Below are positions 14,456 through 27,748 of a stretch of DNA of 64,000 nucleotides, piece by piece. The DNA comes from Eledone cirrhosa. Lineage: Eukaryota. The position numbers and the translations under genes are program-made. The notes under the pieces were generated by a model that had not been told where the DNA came from, made no database searches, and was given only the letters and a program-made list of their open reading frames with translations. The stretch spans positions 273,916,001 through 273,980,000 of the forward strand of contig OZ024741.1 of assembly GCA_964016885.1 (NCBI GenBank), read 5' to 3'. How positions within the stretch are numbered: the first letter of the stretch is position 1; each line of letters starts with the position of its first letter.

Positions 14456-14865
14456 TACATATATACATATATATATACATATATACATACATATATACAT
14501 ATACTTACATATATATATAAATACATATATATATATATATACATATATATATAAATACATATATATATATATATATATGCATATATATATATATATATAT
14601 ATGCATATATATATATATATATATATATAATACATTCAACAAAAAAATGTAAGAAAATATACATATATATTTTCATGGACATGATTCCGTGTATCCAGAG
14701 ATGATGTATAGATAAATTTTACATAGAAACCAAAACGTCTTCAGCTGTGCCATAAGTGAGCAAAATATATATTTGTAAATGTATTTTGTATGTAAAAAAC
14801 ATACATATATACATAAAAACATATTTACATAGATATATACATACATATTTACATACATATATACA

Positions 14866-14897
<32 letters not shown>

Positions 14898-15038
14898 AAT
14901 ATATATATATACATACATATATACTTACATACATATATACGTACATATATACTTACATACATATATACGTACATATAAATATACATATACGTACATATAT
15001 ACATACATATATACATACATATATAGATACATATATAC

Positions 15039-15071
<33 letters not shown>

Positions 15072-15249
15072 CATATATATACATACATGAATATATACAT
15101 AAATACATACATATACAAATACATACATATATACTTACATACATATATACGTACATATATACTTACATACATATATACGTACATATAAATATACATACAT
15201 ATATACGTACATATAAATATACATATACATACATATATACATACATATA

Positions 15250-15305
<56 letters not shown>

Positions 15306-15815
15306 CATATATATACATACATGAATATATACATAAATACATACATACATATACAAATACATACATAGATACATACATACATAAATACATACATACAGCA
15401 TATATGCATATATACGTACATACATGCATACATACCTACATGCATACATACATACATCCATATATACATACGTACATAAAGATATATATATACATGAATT
15501 CATACATACGCGCGCGTATACATACGTACATACATATATATAGAAGCATAGATACTTGCAAACATACAAATATGCATACATACATAGCTGCGTTCATATC
15601 TGTGTGTGTGGGTGTGGGTGTATGTGTGTACGTATGTAGGTGTGCGTGTGTGTGTACGTATGTATATCTGTGCATGTATATGAAGGCGTATATATACACA
15701 CAGGGTATATACTGATGGCGAGCCGTTACAGTATTACAGTACATCTCATCTATCCCATATTTTCTACAATCTATCTTTAAACAAAAAACTGTCGTTTTAT
15801 AATTATATATATATA

Positions 15816-15855
<40 letters not shown>

Positions 15856-16219
15856 TATAAATATACTCATATATATATATATATATATACATTTATATAT
15901 ATAAATATAATTATGTGTTACTATATATATATATATATATATATATGAGCATCACTTGGGTTTATTTATTGTCTTCAATGCAACCTGTTTCATGGCTTGC
16001 ACTAAGCTACATTCAACATTAAATATCTCTTTGTCTAATCTAGAATGTGTATGTAAGGAGTTTGGAGAGTGTGTGATTTGTACACACGCAATCACACACA
16101 CTGATAAACACTGATAAAAACTGATGAACATATTTATATAGATGAATAAAGATTTACGCAGATAAACGTTACTCTAACTCTTGAACTAGAGTAACCGAAA
16201 ACGATATCTCGTATACCTA

Positions 16220-16269
<50 letters not shown>

Positions 16270-16271
<2 letters not shown>

Positions 16272-16622
16272 CATGGTGCCATGGGACGACAAGTGCAGAG
16301 AGATCTCCAGATATATAGCAATGCCTGTGCCGTGAAGGTTTTATAGTGACAAAAGGCACAGCACAAAGCCAGTCCCACTCTCTTAACGAAGATGATATTT
16401 ACCAAAAAGAAGAACAAGTCAACATCATTGGATATTATCAGGGTTGCAGGTGTTATATCAGAGTTTTCCTTCGCCTAGAATTCTGCCTTGACAAAGGCTA
16501 AGGGGTCATCTCTCCTGGTGATTTTGGATGGCCATTGACTCTTAAGAGCTCCTTTGCCCTTTGACAGGTTTTGTTTTTAGTCCTGCAGGATGTCTAAAGT
16601 CACCCTCCTCACCAAGAAACCT
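16270..16622 (-). mobile_element. Partial copy of a bipartite non-autonomous RTE derivative
   Basis: Near-identical to 16812-17162. Confidence 0.75.
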
Positions 16623-16645
16623 TACATACATACATACATATATAC

Positions 16646-17255
16646 ATGGTGGCTGCCAACTCGTTTTCGAGTACGGCCACTACTTTATATCCATGTAGGA
16701 GAACCCCTACCGATGCGCTGAACGAGTGTGACTTTTTAGTCCAGCCAGCGACTTGAAAACTCTGGTACAAACACTACACTTGTGACAATTATTGATACAT
16801 AGTGCTGGGCCCATGGTACCATGTGACGACAAGTGCATAGAGATCTCCAGATATAAAGCAATGCCTGTGCCGTGAAGCTTTTATAGAGAGCAAAGGCACT
16901 GCACAAAGCCAGTCCCACTCTCTTAACCAAGATGATATTTACCAAAAAGAAGAACAAGTCAACATCATTGGATACCATCAGAGTTGCAGGTGTTATATCA
17001 GAGTTTTCCTTCTCCTAGAATTCTGCCTTGACAAAGGCTAAGGGGTCATCTCTCCCGGTGATTTTAGATGGCGATTGACTCTTAAGAGCTCCTTTGCCCT
17101 TTGACAGGTTTTGTTTTTAGTCCTGCAGGATGTCCAAAGTCACCCTCCTCACCAAGAAATCCTGGTGGGGTTGCCAGTTTAGGCGCCAACGACCCGACCA
17201 TGAGACAGGTTGTACTGAGGTACATGTTACTAGTAGCACCAACTGGTGACCTGAC
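16646..17255 (-). mobile_element. Bipartite non-autonomous RTE derivative (putative 5'UTR joined to the LINE 3' end) with (TATG)n tail
   Basis: 16646-16828 is the reverse complement of the RTE 3' end at 18748-18930. The remainder is non-coding and related to 38765-39310 and 17830-18020. Confidence 0.7.
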
Positions 17256-17300
17256 ATACATACATACATACATACATACATACATACATACATACATACA

Positions 17301-17378
<78 letters not shown>

Positions 17379-17539
17379 TATATATATATCTATATATATA
17401 TATATATATATATCTGTGTGTGTGTCTGCATATTTCTCGTGCTATTCTTTTCCAAACCTGGCGGATGCCATCCCCTCTCCACGTCAGAACACAACCACTT
17501 ACTTCTAAAAAAAGGAGAGAGAATGTTATATATATATTT

Positions 17540-17586
<47 letters not shown>

Positions 17587-17589
17587 CAC

Positions 17590-17667
<78 letters not shown>

Positions 17668-18114
17668 ATATGCATATATATAATATATATTTCTGATGAT
17701 GGCAACTCGATTTCGAGTAATGCCATCGCTTGATACTTAAGTAGGAACATCACGGACGTAGCTTTTTAGTCCTGCTAGGGACTTGCCTATGGCCAGCAAT
17801 GCCATGCATCGCAATAAATATCACCTATCAAGCGATGCCTGTACTTGAAGCTTTTTCTAAGTGAGGAAAGGCTTTGCACGGAGTCAATCCCACTCTCTGA
17901 ACATTGTATGCATTTGCCCAAAGAGTGGAACTGATCTACATCATTGGACACAATGTCGTAGGTTTTATATCAGAGTGACCTTCTAGAGAGATGTCTTAAT
18001 GAAGACTAGGAGTCTCTCGCTCCATAAAAAAAACATACATGCATATGTACGTACGTATTATGTATGTATGTATGTATGTATGTATGTATGTATGTATGTA
18101 TGTATGTATGTATG

Positions 18115-18440
18115 TTTTCTCTTAATTTCGAGTATATTTTTTTGACCGGCCACCTTCCTGGTGGCAAGGTTGTAAAAGTTGTAAAAGAAAAGAAATTGTC
18201 ATCCCTTGAATCGCAAGAATGTTTTGCAAATTTTGAAGGTGCCAGCTATCGCAGCCATTTGCAGACTATGAATTAGGGAGCTGCGCTTTTTGTCCGCAAA
18301 TCCAAGTTCAGTCATGCTTTGGTCCAAGCGGGTTGGTATATAACCCGTAGCACCAATAATGATGGGTATGAAGCTAAAGGTGTATCTTGGATACTGGATT
18401 TGTAAACTCCTCATCAATGGTCCGTAGATGTCCTCCTTAT
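18115..18440 (-). mobile_element. 3' fragment of an RLE-type (R4/Dong-like) non-LTR retrotransposon
   Basis: KEDIYGPL...FIPIIIGATGYIP...LQMAAIAGTFKICKTFL* resembles RLE C-termini. Flanked by (TATG)n on both sides. Confidence 0.7.
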
Positions 18441-18495
18441 GTATGTATGTATGTATGTATGTATGTATGTATGTATGTATGTATGTATGTATGTA

Positions 18496-18930
18496 TGTTT
18501 GAGGAAACAAGAAGAAGGCACGCGACACTAAAAAGAGATGTCCGGAAAGGAATCCATGTTGGCCTGACCTGACATGTGAGACCTGTAATAGGGTTTGTCT
18601 GAGCATGGCAGGTCTAAAGAGTCACCTGAGAGCGCACAAGAACAGGGAAGCAGGCACCTGTGGAGCTATAAGTGTTCATCAGACGACGACATGTAATGTT
18701 TGTGGAAGGGTATGCAGGTCGAGTAGTGATTTCACACAACACCTTGGGTCACATGGTACCATGGGCCCAGCACTATGTGTCAGTAATTGTCACAAGTGTA
18801 GTGTTTGTACCAGAGTTTTCAAGTCGCTGGCTGGACTAAAAAGTCACACTTGTTCAGCGCATCGGCAGGGGTTCTCCTACATGGATATAAGGTAGTGGCC
18901 GTACTCGAAAACGAGTTGGCAGCCACCATG
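18496..18930 (+). mobile_element. 3' end of an RTE-clade LINE with three C-terminal C2H2 zinc fingers, 3' stem-loop and (ATGT)n tail
   Basis: FEETRRRH..., CETCNRVCLSMAGLKSHLRAH, CNVCGRVCRSSSDFTQHLGSH and [22 protein letters not shown]. Terminal GTGGCC-ACTCG/CGAGT-GCCAC hairpin followed by the microsatellite tail. Confidence 0.8.
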
Positions 18931-19564
18931 TATGTATGTATGTATGTATGTATGTATGTATGTATGTATGTATGTATGTATGTATGTATGTATGTACGTA
19001 CGTACGTACGGATGGATGTATTTATGCATGTATGTATGAAAGGATGGATGGATTGAGGGATGTACGTATATATGTATATGAACGTGCATATGTATGTATG
19101 AATATATATGTATGTATGAATGTATGTATGTACATATGTATATATGTGTGTATATATATGTATGAATGTATGTATGTATATATGTATATGTATGTATGTA
19201 TGTATATATGTATGAATGTATGCATGCATGTATGACCTATGTTGTTTATATGTACATGTGTGCCTGCGTACATGTGTATATTCACAGATATGTGTTTATA
19301 GTAAATTGTATATAATAAAAGTGTTATAACTGCTGTCTACATGATGAAGTTCTATCAGCAATGAAGCAACAAATATTTCTGGACCTGACAGGAACAGACT
19401 TTCATTAAGTGAATTATATGTGTTCTCACTGACAGCTGTAATATAGAAAGCGAAGATGGCCGACATTAAATCTTACCTATACATTCTTGTCTTCAACCAA
19501 TCATCCAATATTGATGAATATTGCACATTCTGATTGTTTGGTAGACGGAAGCTATGCTGGAAGC

Positions 19565-19620
<56 letters not shown>

Positions 19621-19819
19621 CGAAGGAAGTGTGGTAAGGAACCAGTAATCGTCGAAACGGCTTGAGCTCTGCCGTCGGGGTCTTGAACATTTTTCTATAT
19701 ATATATATGTATGTATGTATGTGTATATATGAAGAGAAGGAGAGAGAGAGAGAGAATATGTGGTTCTGAGACCGAGTATATCACTATTTATTGGAGTACA
19801 CAGTGCAGGGGAAGAGAGG

Positions 19820-20680
19820 GTATAAAACAAAGAATGTCTGTCTGTCTGTCTGTCTGTCCCCCTAAAACTCGAGAACCACCCAACCGATTTTTTCCAAACT
19901 TTACACATGTAATACTTATGGTCGTGTGAGTGTTTTGAGCAAAAATATTTGAAATGTTCAATGCGCTAGGGACCGCATTAGGCGAAAAACCGCATATTTT
20001 AGGCTTTAAAGGCTTTTTAGAGCCATAACGGAACAATAATCCAGGCGATTTCTTCAAAATCTGCATTACTTATGTCGTTTAAAGTGTTTTGAGCAAAAAG
20101 GATTTTCTCATTTTTGGGCCCCAGGAACCACATTTGGCGAAAAACCGATTTTAAAAGCATTTTGGTTGCGTTAGAGCCTGTAACTCGAGAAGTACCCAAC
20201 CGATTTTTTAAAAACTTTGCATATGCATTACTTATGTTTCACAAATTTTCTTGACTGAAAAAGATTTCAAATTTGGGCCCGGGGACCGCATTGTTTAGCA
20301 TTTTGGTTGCGTTAGGGCCTGTAACCTTAATAGTAACCAACTAAATTCCTGCATGCTCTCCACCACTGTAGTCCCACATGCTTACTGCTCTGTAACTATT
20401 GCTTTCATTGTACCATAGCACAACAAATACATGTTCGGTTTGTCGAATGCCTTTTTACTTAACCCTATCGTCTTGGCTTTCGTGGGTTGAACATTTTACT
20501 CTCAGGCACCCAATTAAGTTAAACCCCTGTTAATCTACGACGAATTTTTTTTATAAGCACAAAATGTAGACACCATCCCCAGGCCGAGGTATTCCGTACT
20601 TCTCTGTACTGTTTCAGAAAGGAGGGATTAACATGACAATCTATGTTTAGAATCCCGAGCAACGCCTGGCCATTCTGCTA

Positions 20681-20681
<1 letters not shown>
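19820..20681 (+). mobile_element. Non-autonomous Helitron-like element
   Basis: 5' (GTCT)n followed by AAACTCGAGAACC...AACCGATTTT...AAACTT, with internal tandem duplications. The 3' end has a GC-rich hairpin remnant CCCGAGCAACGCCTGG, then CTAG|T (20678-20681). Confidence 0.7.
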
Positions 20682-20716
<35 letters not shown>

Positions 20717-20739
20717 CGGTAGAAAACTGGAAGGTTATA

Positions 20740-21008
<269 letters not shown>

Positions 21009-21472
21009 GTCTGCGTGCGTGCATGCATATATTCATTTTATTAAGGCTAAATAGTGAGTCTTGTTAGTCTGGAGTTTAGCCTACTTCAGTATTGAGTACT
21101 CTTTCCTCTCGGCTGTCATCCAAATACGGTTACATATAGAAAGACTAGCGTCCGAAACGTTAAGGCACTCTTCCTGCTATTTCAAGCGTTAAACTAATAT
21201 ATTCCTTCATTATACTGTGCCATGCGGTTTGTTATTTCTGTTTACCTTTTACACACATATATATATATATGTGTGTGTGTGTGTCTGTGTGTATTTGGTT
21301 ATGTATGTGTGAGTGCGTGTGTGTGTGTATATATATACATATATATATACGGGCACACAAAATTACATATATAAATATCTATATAAACACATATACATAC
21401 ATACATTGTTTCCGTTTGTTGTCTTGTCCTATCTTTGTTAATTCTCTTAAATTTATATATTATGTATTATAC

Positions 21473-21507
<35 letters not shown>

Positions 21508-21788
21508 AACATATATATGTGTGTTTGTGGTGGGGATGTGGGATGTAATTTAATGGCCGGTGATTCAAATACCGTATATGATGAATTTCAAATATGTTGA
21601 AACCTCGCTCACAAACAGATTATGTAACTCGAAAAAAAAAACCCTAGCGGCCATTGGAAATAACACAAAACAAGATGGGGGAGATAATTTAGATAAAGCA
21701 TTTAATAATTCATGGTTGAATTAAGACAGATAAGGTAAAAGGATATTGGGGTTTCTGTTTGGAAGCATGTGAGAGCTACGTATATATA

Positions 21789-21832
<44 letters not shown>

Positions 21833-21964
21833 AATAGGATGATGCCTTAACCTGTTGTTTATTATATATGATATATATAAGAAGCTGTGTAACTTAGATG
21901 TATATAAAGAATAGTTGTAACCCCCCCCCCCCCTCTATATATATATATATATATATGTATGTGC

Positions 21965-22041
<77 letters not shown>

Positions 22042-22338
22042 TCATACACACACAGAGTAAATATATCAACCCTAAAGCAGCCAAAGAGATGGATAGATAT
22101 GTTTCTTTATTAGCCACAGGGGCACAAAAGAAGGGGACAAATACAAAGGGGGAAGTTTACATACAATAAAAACGTGTAAAATGTTATCACAAATGCAATT
22201 TAAAAAATTAATCGATTTTCCCCAATAGAGGGAGACAGTTTATATGGGTAACACATACCCCCGAAAAAATGTGCAACCCTCATCTCCAGGAGTACGAAGA
22301 GTTTGTACTCCTTTCCTCTCCTCCTCCTTTTCCTCAAC

Positions 22339-25300
22339 CTACAGGCTGATATAGAGAGAAGGCCCATTCACTCGGGCCATTCTCGCCACTTTCACCCACC
22401 TTTCATAAAACTTGCTGGGGTACAGCACCTCTCTCTCCATCCTGATTCTTCTTCCAAAGTGGTATTTGAAAAAAAGAATCAGTTGTTGGCCGGAGAGAAA
22501 GGTGTCTGACCTCAGCCCTTTCAACCTTGTCCACCATACAACCTCTTTCGCCATAGCTATCACACAAAGGAAAATCGCCTCTCCTTCGTTTTTGAAGGAG
22601 GGTGGCGGTTTGATCATGACAATGGACTCGGTGGTCAACTGGATTGGTCCCACCCGCGACAATAGTCGTTCTACATAGCCCCACAGGTCAGTGACGCCCG
22701 GGCAGTGTATGAATGCGTGCGCGATGGTTTCTTCGTCTCGCACGCACCTCGGACAGATCTTTTTTGCAGGGTCCCTGCCCGGGCGCCCATGTCTGTAGAG
22801 CTTGTCTCGAACTGGTAGAGCTCCTCGGTAGCACTGCCAGGCCAGGGACTTTTGGAAGTTGTCCATCGGTCCCGGGCGGAAGGTCCTACCGAACAGACTG
22901 GCCAGTTCATCTTCCTCTACGCCTAGAGTTTCACCGAGCGCGTCGTCGCACTTGCTGCGGACCAACCCTCTATAGAATGACGAAGTGGAGTCTCCACTGA
23001 TCGCCGGGTCCGCCTGCCAGAGGGCTGTGAGCGCCTGAGCACATTCGATGTGCCAGTCGCCCATTTTCCTCGGTCTCTGCTTGACCCAGGACTGCAGCTC
23101 GGTCAGCGAGACGAGTCGTGGGAAGGCTCGCCTCACGAACGGGGCCCACACCGGTTGTCCGGTGAGGAATACGTAGAGATGCCGCAGCCTGAGCGCGTGT
23201 TTGCGCATCGTCAACCACGGCATCCCCAGCCCTCCGTTAGAAGGGTGTTGGCAGCAGATGGATCTTCTCACCAAAGGAGCCCGCCTCTTCCAAAGGAATC
23301 GGAAGAGCGCGCTCCATTTTGGCGAGCGTTTTGGCTGGACAAGGCACGACGGTCAAGCGGTAGTAGATGGCGGACGCTATAAAAGTGTTCGCCACCTCCG
23401 CTCGACCTTTCAAGGATAGTTTGCACTCGGCCCACTTCTGGGTGAGTGCAAACACCTTGGCCGTCACTTCGTTCCAGTTCTTCTCCACCTGGAGGTCCGG
23501 ACCAAACCAGACCCCGAGCAGCTTTACCGGTCCTTCCGTCCAGCGTCCGACGACGCCATCGGAAGGCATCTGTCTGCCTCTCCACGATCCGAGTTGCAAA
23601 CCGATGGACTTGTCCCGGTTCAGCTTCGCTCCTGTGAGACTTTCGTATTCCTTTAGTAAGGTGCCGACTTCCTCGATTTGCGAGGCGCTCGACACCATGA
23701 CTGTCTCGTCGTCGGCGTAGGCCGACGCCGCTTTCCGCAGTCCCGGTTCCAGAGAGATGCCCTGCAATAGCTCCAGCTTCCGCAGTAGTGGCTCGAGAGT
23801 CAGTACGTACAGAAGGGAGGAGAGAGGGCATCCCTGTCGAATGGATCGCGTAATATGGAACGGCTCCGAGAGGTAACCGTTCACCTTGACCCTTGAGCAG
23901 ATGTTGCTGTTGTGCATTGCAGCAATCCAGCCCCTGAACACGGGTCCGAAGCCTGCCGCCTCGAGCACCGCATCCAGATAACGATGGTCAACCCTATCGA
24001 AAGCCTTAGACTGATCCAAGTTGATCAGGGCCCCACCGAAGCCGGGTTTACACCCTACCCTCTCTATGATGTATCGCATGAGATGGAGGTTGTCGTGTAT
24101 GGACCTGGTCGGGATCGCGCATGTCTGCGCTTCTCCCACCAGGTTCTCGACGACAAGCGCCAGCCTCTTTGCTAACACCTTGGCCAAAATCTGTAACTCT
24201 GTGTTTAGCAGAGTTATGGGCCGGAAGTTGCCTATGTCATCCCCCTTATTCTCGTCCTTCCTGATTAGTGTGACCACGCCCCCGGTTACAGAACTGGGAA
24301 TTCTCCCGTTCTGTTGCCAGTTGCAGTAGACCGCTTCCAGGAGACCGGAGAATAAGTCCGGCATTGCTACGTAAAATTCGTAGGGTAGACCGTCGAGACC
24401 TAGAGATTTGCGTTTGCCGCATTGGCTCAGCGCGGCCCCTATCTCAGTGGCTGAAATCGGCTTTTCGCAGAACTTCGCCTCGCTGACCGAGAGTCGCGGT
24501 AGGCCGTCGAGGTATGGACCGAAATCCATAGCCTCTCCCGGCGCGCCGCTCCCCCCGAACAGCCGAGCAAAGTGCCGCTGAAAAGCCGCACACATCTGCT
24601 TCGGCTCACGTATCACGCGTCCGTTTTGGTCCCTCAAAGACCGAATCGTGGACTTGTTGCCACTTTTTGCCTCCGTCACTCGGGCCCAGCTAACAGCTTT
24701 GGCTCCCTCGTTTCCCAGAGCACGTATTTTGCTACTGACAACGCAGCCCTCGTGCTTTGCGTCGAAGAACTGGTCCAAGGCCGTTCTCGTTGCTAGCACG
24801 CTGGCTACGTTGCCACTTCTAATTGCCTCTTCTACTTTATCTACCAGTTCCTTCTCGGTTCTATTTCTATCTAACGCTAATTCTTTACTAAAAACTATCG
24901 AGTCTAATCTAACTGCCCTCTTGAGAGAGTACCACCATCTGTTGTTGACAATGGCCCCTGTCAAGTGCTGTTTAACTAAAGTGCTAATCCGTCTACTGTA
25001 GGCTTTGCTTGTCGGTAACGACAAGTTCAGCTTCCAGTAGCCGGGTCCTTCTCTATGGGTTCTATCAAGGTTGGCTATGCAGGTCACTAGTTTGTGATCT
25101 GAATAGGCAACCATGAACATTTGTGGACAGCTTAACATGTCCCTATCCTTATTTCTAACTAGAACCCTATCTAGGTACGATCTAGATGTTCCGCTACGAT
25201 TACTCCACGTCCACAGTGGCGCAGTCGGAAAATCTAGTCGATATCTATCGGCCAGGTCAAATCGGTCGATTAACTGTTTGAGGCTGTTACACCCCCCCCC

Positions 25301-25790
25301 CCCTTTATCGGGACATGCTCCCACATAGTCCCAACGTGCATCTAGGATTCCATTCCAGTCCCCCACTAAAAGCAAGGAGCGGGACGTTCCCAGAAAAGTC
25401 TCTAGACGTTTGAAGAAGTCTGGCCGCTGTGTCCCGGATGGGGCATATGCGGCCATCAGCCTGAACGCTCCACCTTTACTACCGTCAACGTCTAGGACCA
25501 CCAGTCGACCCTCCGGGTCCAGATGTACCGTCTGTGTTACGAGGCCCAGGTGTTTCCGCAGCAAAACGGCAACTCCGCCCCCACCCACCCCCCCACCCCG
25601 GTTGACAGAGAGATGCGTAGATCTCAAAGTCATCGAAGATGGGGGCCAGCTGTCGCTCGCCGTGGATCCTGGACTCGCAAATGGCTACCACATCCATACT
25701 GTGCGACCTGAAGTCGTTTAAGAGTTTGTCCTGTTTCCAGGGCATCCCCAGGCCGCGTACGTTCACACATCCAACTCTTATATTGGCCAT
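22339..25790 (-). pseudogene. Tx1-like ORF2 (AP endonuclease plus reverse transcriptase), two frameshifts
   Basis: NVRGL, GDWN, SYLDR, SDH, WKLN, GLDGLPYEFY, FRPITLLN, LDQSKAFDRVDH, IRQGCPLS, YADD, GGLG and CPRC...ET..H....C motifs, spread over ORFs 25485-25790, 23237-25633 and 22339-23274. Confidence 0.93.
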
Positions 25791-25823
25791 GTTGGTGCTG
25801 AAAAGTTAAAAGAGGAAAAGAGA

Positions 25824-27646
25824 TCACTCACCCTTCGCCTCCTGGGGACCAGGCCGCACGATTTCCATGGGGGTGTTGGAGGGGTTGTCTGGATGCGTGG
25901 TGGTTTCCGGCGGGGTGGGGACGCAGATGTTTGGTGGGGTGGGGTCTGGTGGGATGGGGGTGTCTGGGGTGGGGAGGCATTTGAGAAGGACGCGGTTGAG
26001 TGGTTTCACGCAGGAATTCCCCACATCCTTCTCAAATGTTTCTTTTAGGGACCTATAAGTTTGTATAGGGACCCTAATCAGTTTTAGGTTCAGTTTTTTG
26101 CTATTTTTAATAGAGTGGGCGAAAGTTTTCCCTTCGGTGAAAACCGAAGGGTCGTTCGTGATGGTCTCCATTAGTGTTTTGTTTTCAGTGTTTATGTAAG
26201 TGTAAGTGTAATTTTCTTGTGTTGTGTTTGTTTTTGTCTGCAGTTCTTGTGTGTGCTTTCGTTTTGTTGTAGGTATTTTGTTTTCAGGAGGTGGGGGTTT
26301 TGTTTGTGATGTTTTTGTTGTTTGTGTTGGTGGTTGTATGTTTGTGGTAGTGTTTGCTGGTTTTTTCTTTTGTGATGTCTTTTCTTTCTTTTCGAGCGAT
26401 GGGGTTCTCCCTCGTCTTCACTGGGTGATGGCGAGATAGCCTCATCTGTTGTATCGTCTGTGTGATTGGGGAGGGGTATGTCTTGGGGAGCTGTTGTGTC
26501 TGTATGTGATTTTGCAGTGGTTTTAGGTGGAGTGGGGTTGGGTGGGACTGTGTTTGTTGTGGTTATTTTTGTGTGTTGGTGTTGTTGTTGTTGTGGTGGT
26601 GTTGGTGGTTGTGTTGTTTTGATGGGTGTCGGCAGAAGACCCTTTTTTTGGTTCATTAGTTTAGGACAGGAAGCCCTCAGGTGACCCATGCTAAAGCAAT
26701 GGTAACATTAAGGCCGCCTACCCTCAACCGAAAGGTTTATGTAGGTGAGTCCGTCCAGGAGTACACGCTGTGGGATCATAGCTATTCGCTCTGGGCTCAT
26801 TTGCACCAGAACTTCAATGCTAGTCCCATTGAATACATCTCTGGGGGACTTTCCTACTGACAGTATTCTGTCTTCATCAAAATTGATGAAGCCGCACAGT
26901 ATCCACCATATGTTCACCTTTGGTGTGACACTTGTGATTCTGATCTTTTGTGTCCTTTTTCCCATGTATGTAGGGAAAAAGGTGTACAGGTTGGATACAT
27001 TTGGCGACACAGAGTAATTTTGGGCCGTCAATTGATCCTTCATCAGTACCGAAATACTCCCAAAAAGTTTGCTTCTTTGAATGAATGCAATATCATTCAT
27101 TGAATCTTTGAAAACCAGTTCAATATCTTTCTGTGACAATTGGACTGGTTTTCGGGTAGAATTGGAAACTGTCCTAAAAACTATCGTTTTGAGAGCAGTT
27201 TCCTTGCGAATTTCTACCGGAGAATTGATGCTGAAAGCACCATTTTTTTCGAAGGTGACATATCTCTTAGCGTCCTTTAAAAGGTGTTCAGCATTTGTTA
27301 TGTCGAGATATATCAATTGTTCTTTCTTTTGAACTTTCTCCGCAAAGGAGATTTTTGGTTTCTTTGTGGAATCCGTATTGGTGGTGTTGTCATTATTGTT
27401 GTTATTGTTGTTGTTATTCTTGTTGTCACCGATGTTGGTATCATCCGTATTTTCCTTGGTGTTGTTGTTGTCTTTGATGCTGGTGTTATTGGCGTTGTCT
27501 TTATTTTTTTCTTTGTTGTTGTTATCATTGTTGCTTTTATCATCATTATTGGTTTTGCTGTTATTTTTGTTGTCATTGAGCTGTTTGGTGTCATTTGTGT
27601 TGTTTGGATGTGAATTCGTTTTTTTATTTTCATTTTGTCTTTCCAT
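25824..27646 (-). pseudogene. Tx1-like ORF1 (Asn-rich N-terminus, CCHC zinc knuckle)
   Basis: ATG at 27646. CYHCFSMGHLRASC follows an in-frame stop at 26708, with one later frameshift. Homologous to ORF1 of copy C (YMGKRT/HMGKRT). Confidence 0.85.
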
Positions 27647-27668
27647 CTCTATAGTATCTAGTGAAGAG

Positions 27669-27747
<79 letters not shown>

Positions 27748-27748
<1 letters not shown>

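Larger units (their letters stand above)
22100..27665 (-). mobile_element. Near full-length Tx1-like (L1 clade) non-LTR retrotransposon, copy A
   Basis: ORF1 plus ORF2 (APE-RT-C-terminal Cys/His domain). The 3' UTR ends in GCTAATAAAGAAA. Confidence 0.93.

Noticed and set aside
17693-17730. CTGATGA followed by a hairpin
   Set aside because: No GAAA or NUH. It is the reverse complement of the RTE 3' stem-loop.
21135-21175. GACTAGCGTCCGAAACGTTA as a hammerhead half
   Set aside because: CUGANGA and stem I are missing; too decayed to call.
25798-25831. Mini-intron fusing Tx1 ORF1 to ORF2 in frame
   Set aside because: Only 34 nt (29 nt in copy C), and excision leaves ORF2 out of frame in both copies. 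The motifs are kept as a finding under a different model.
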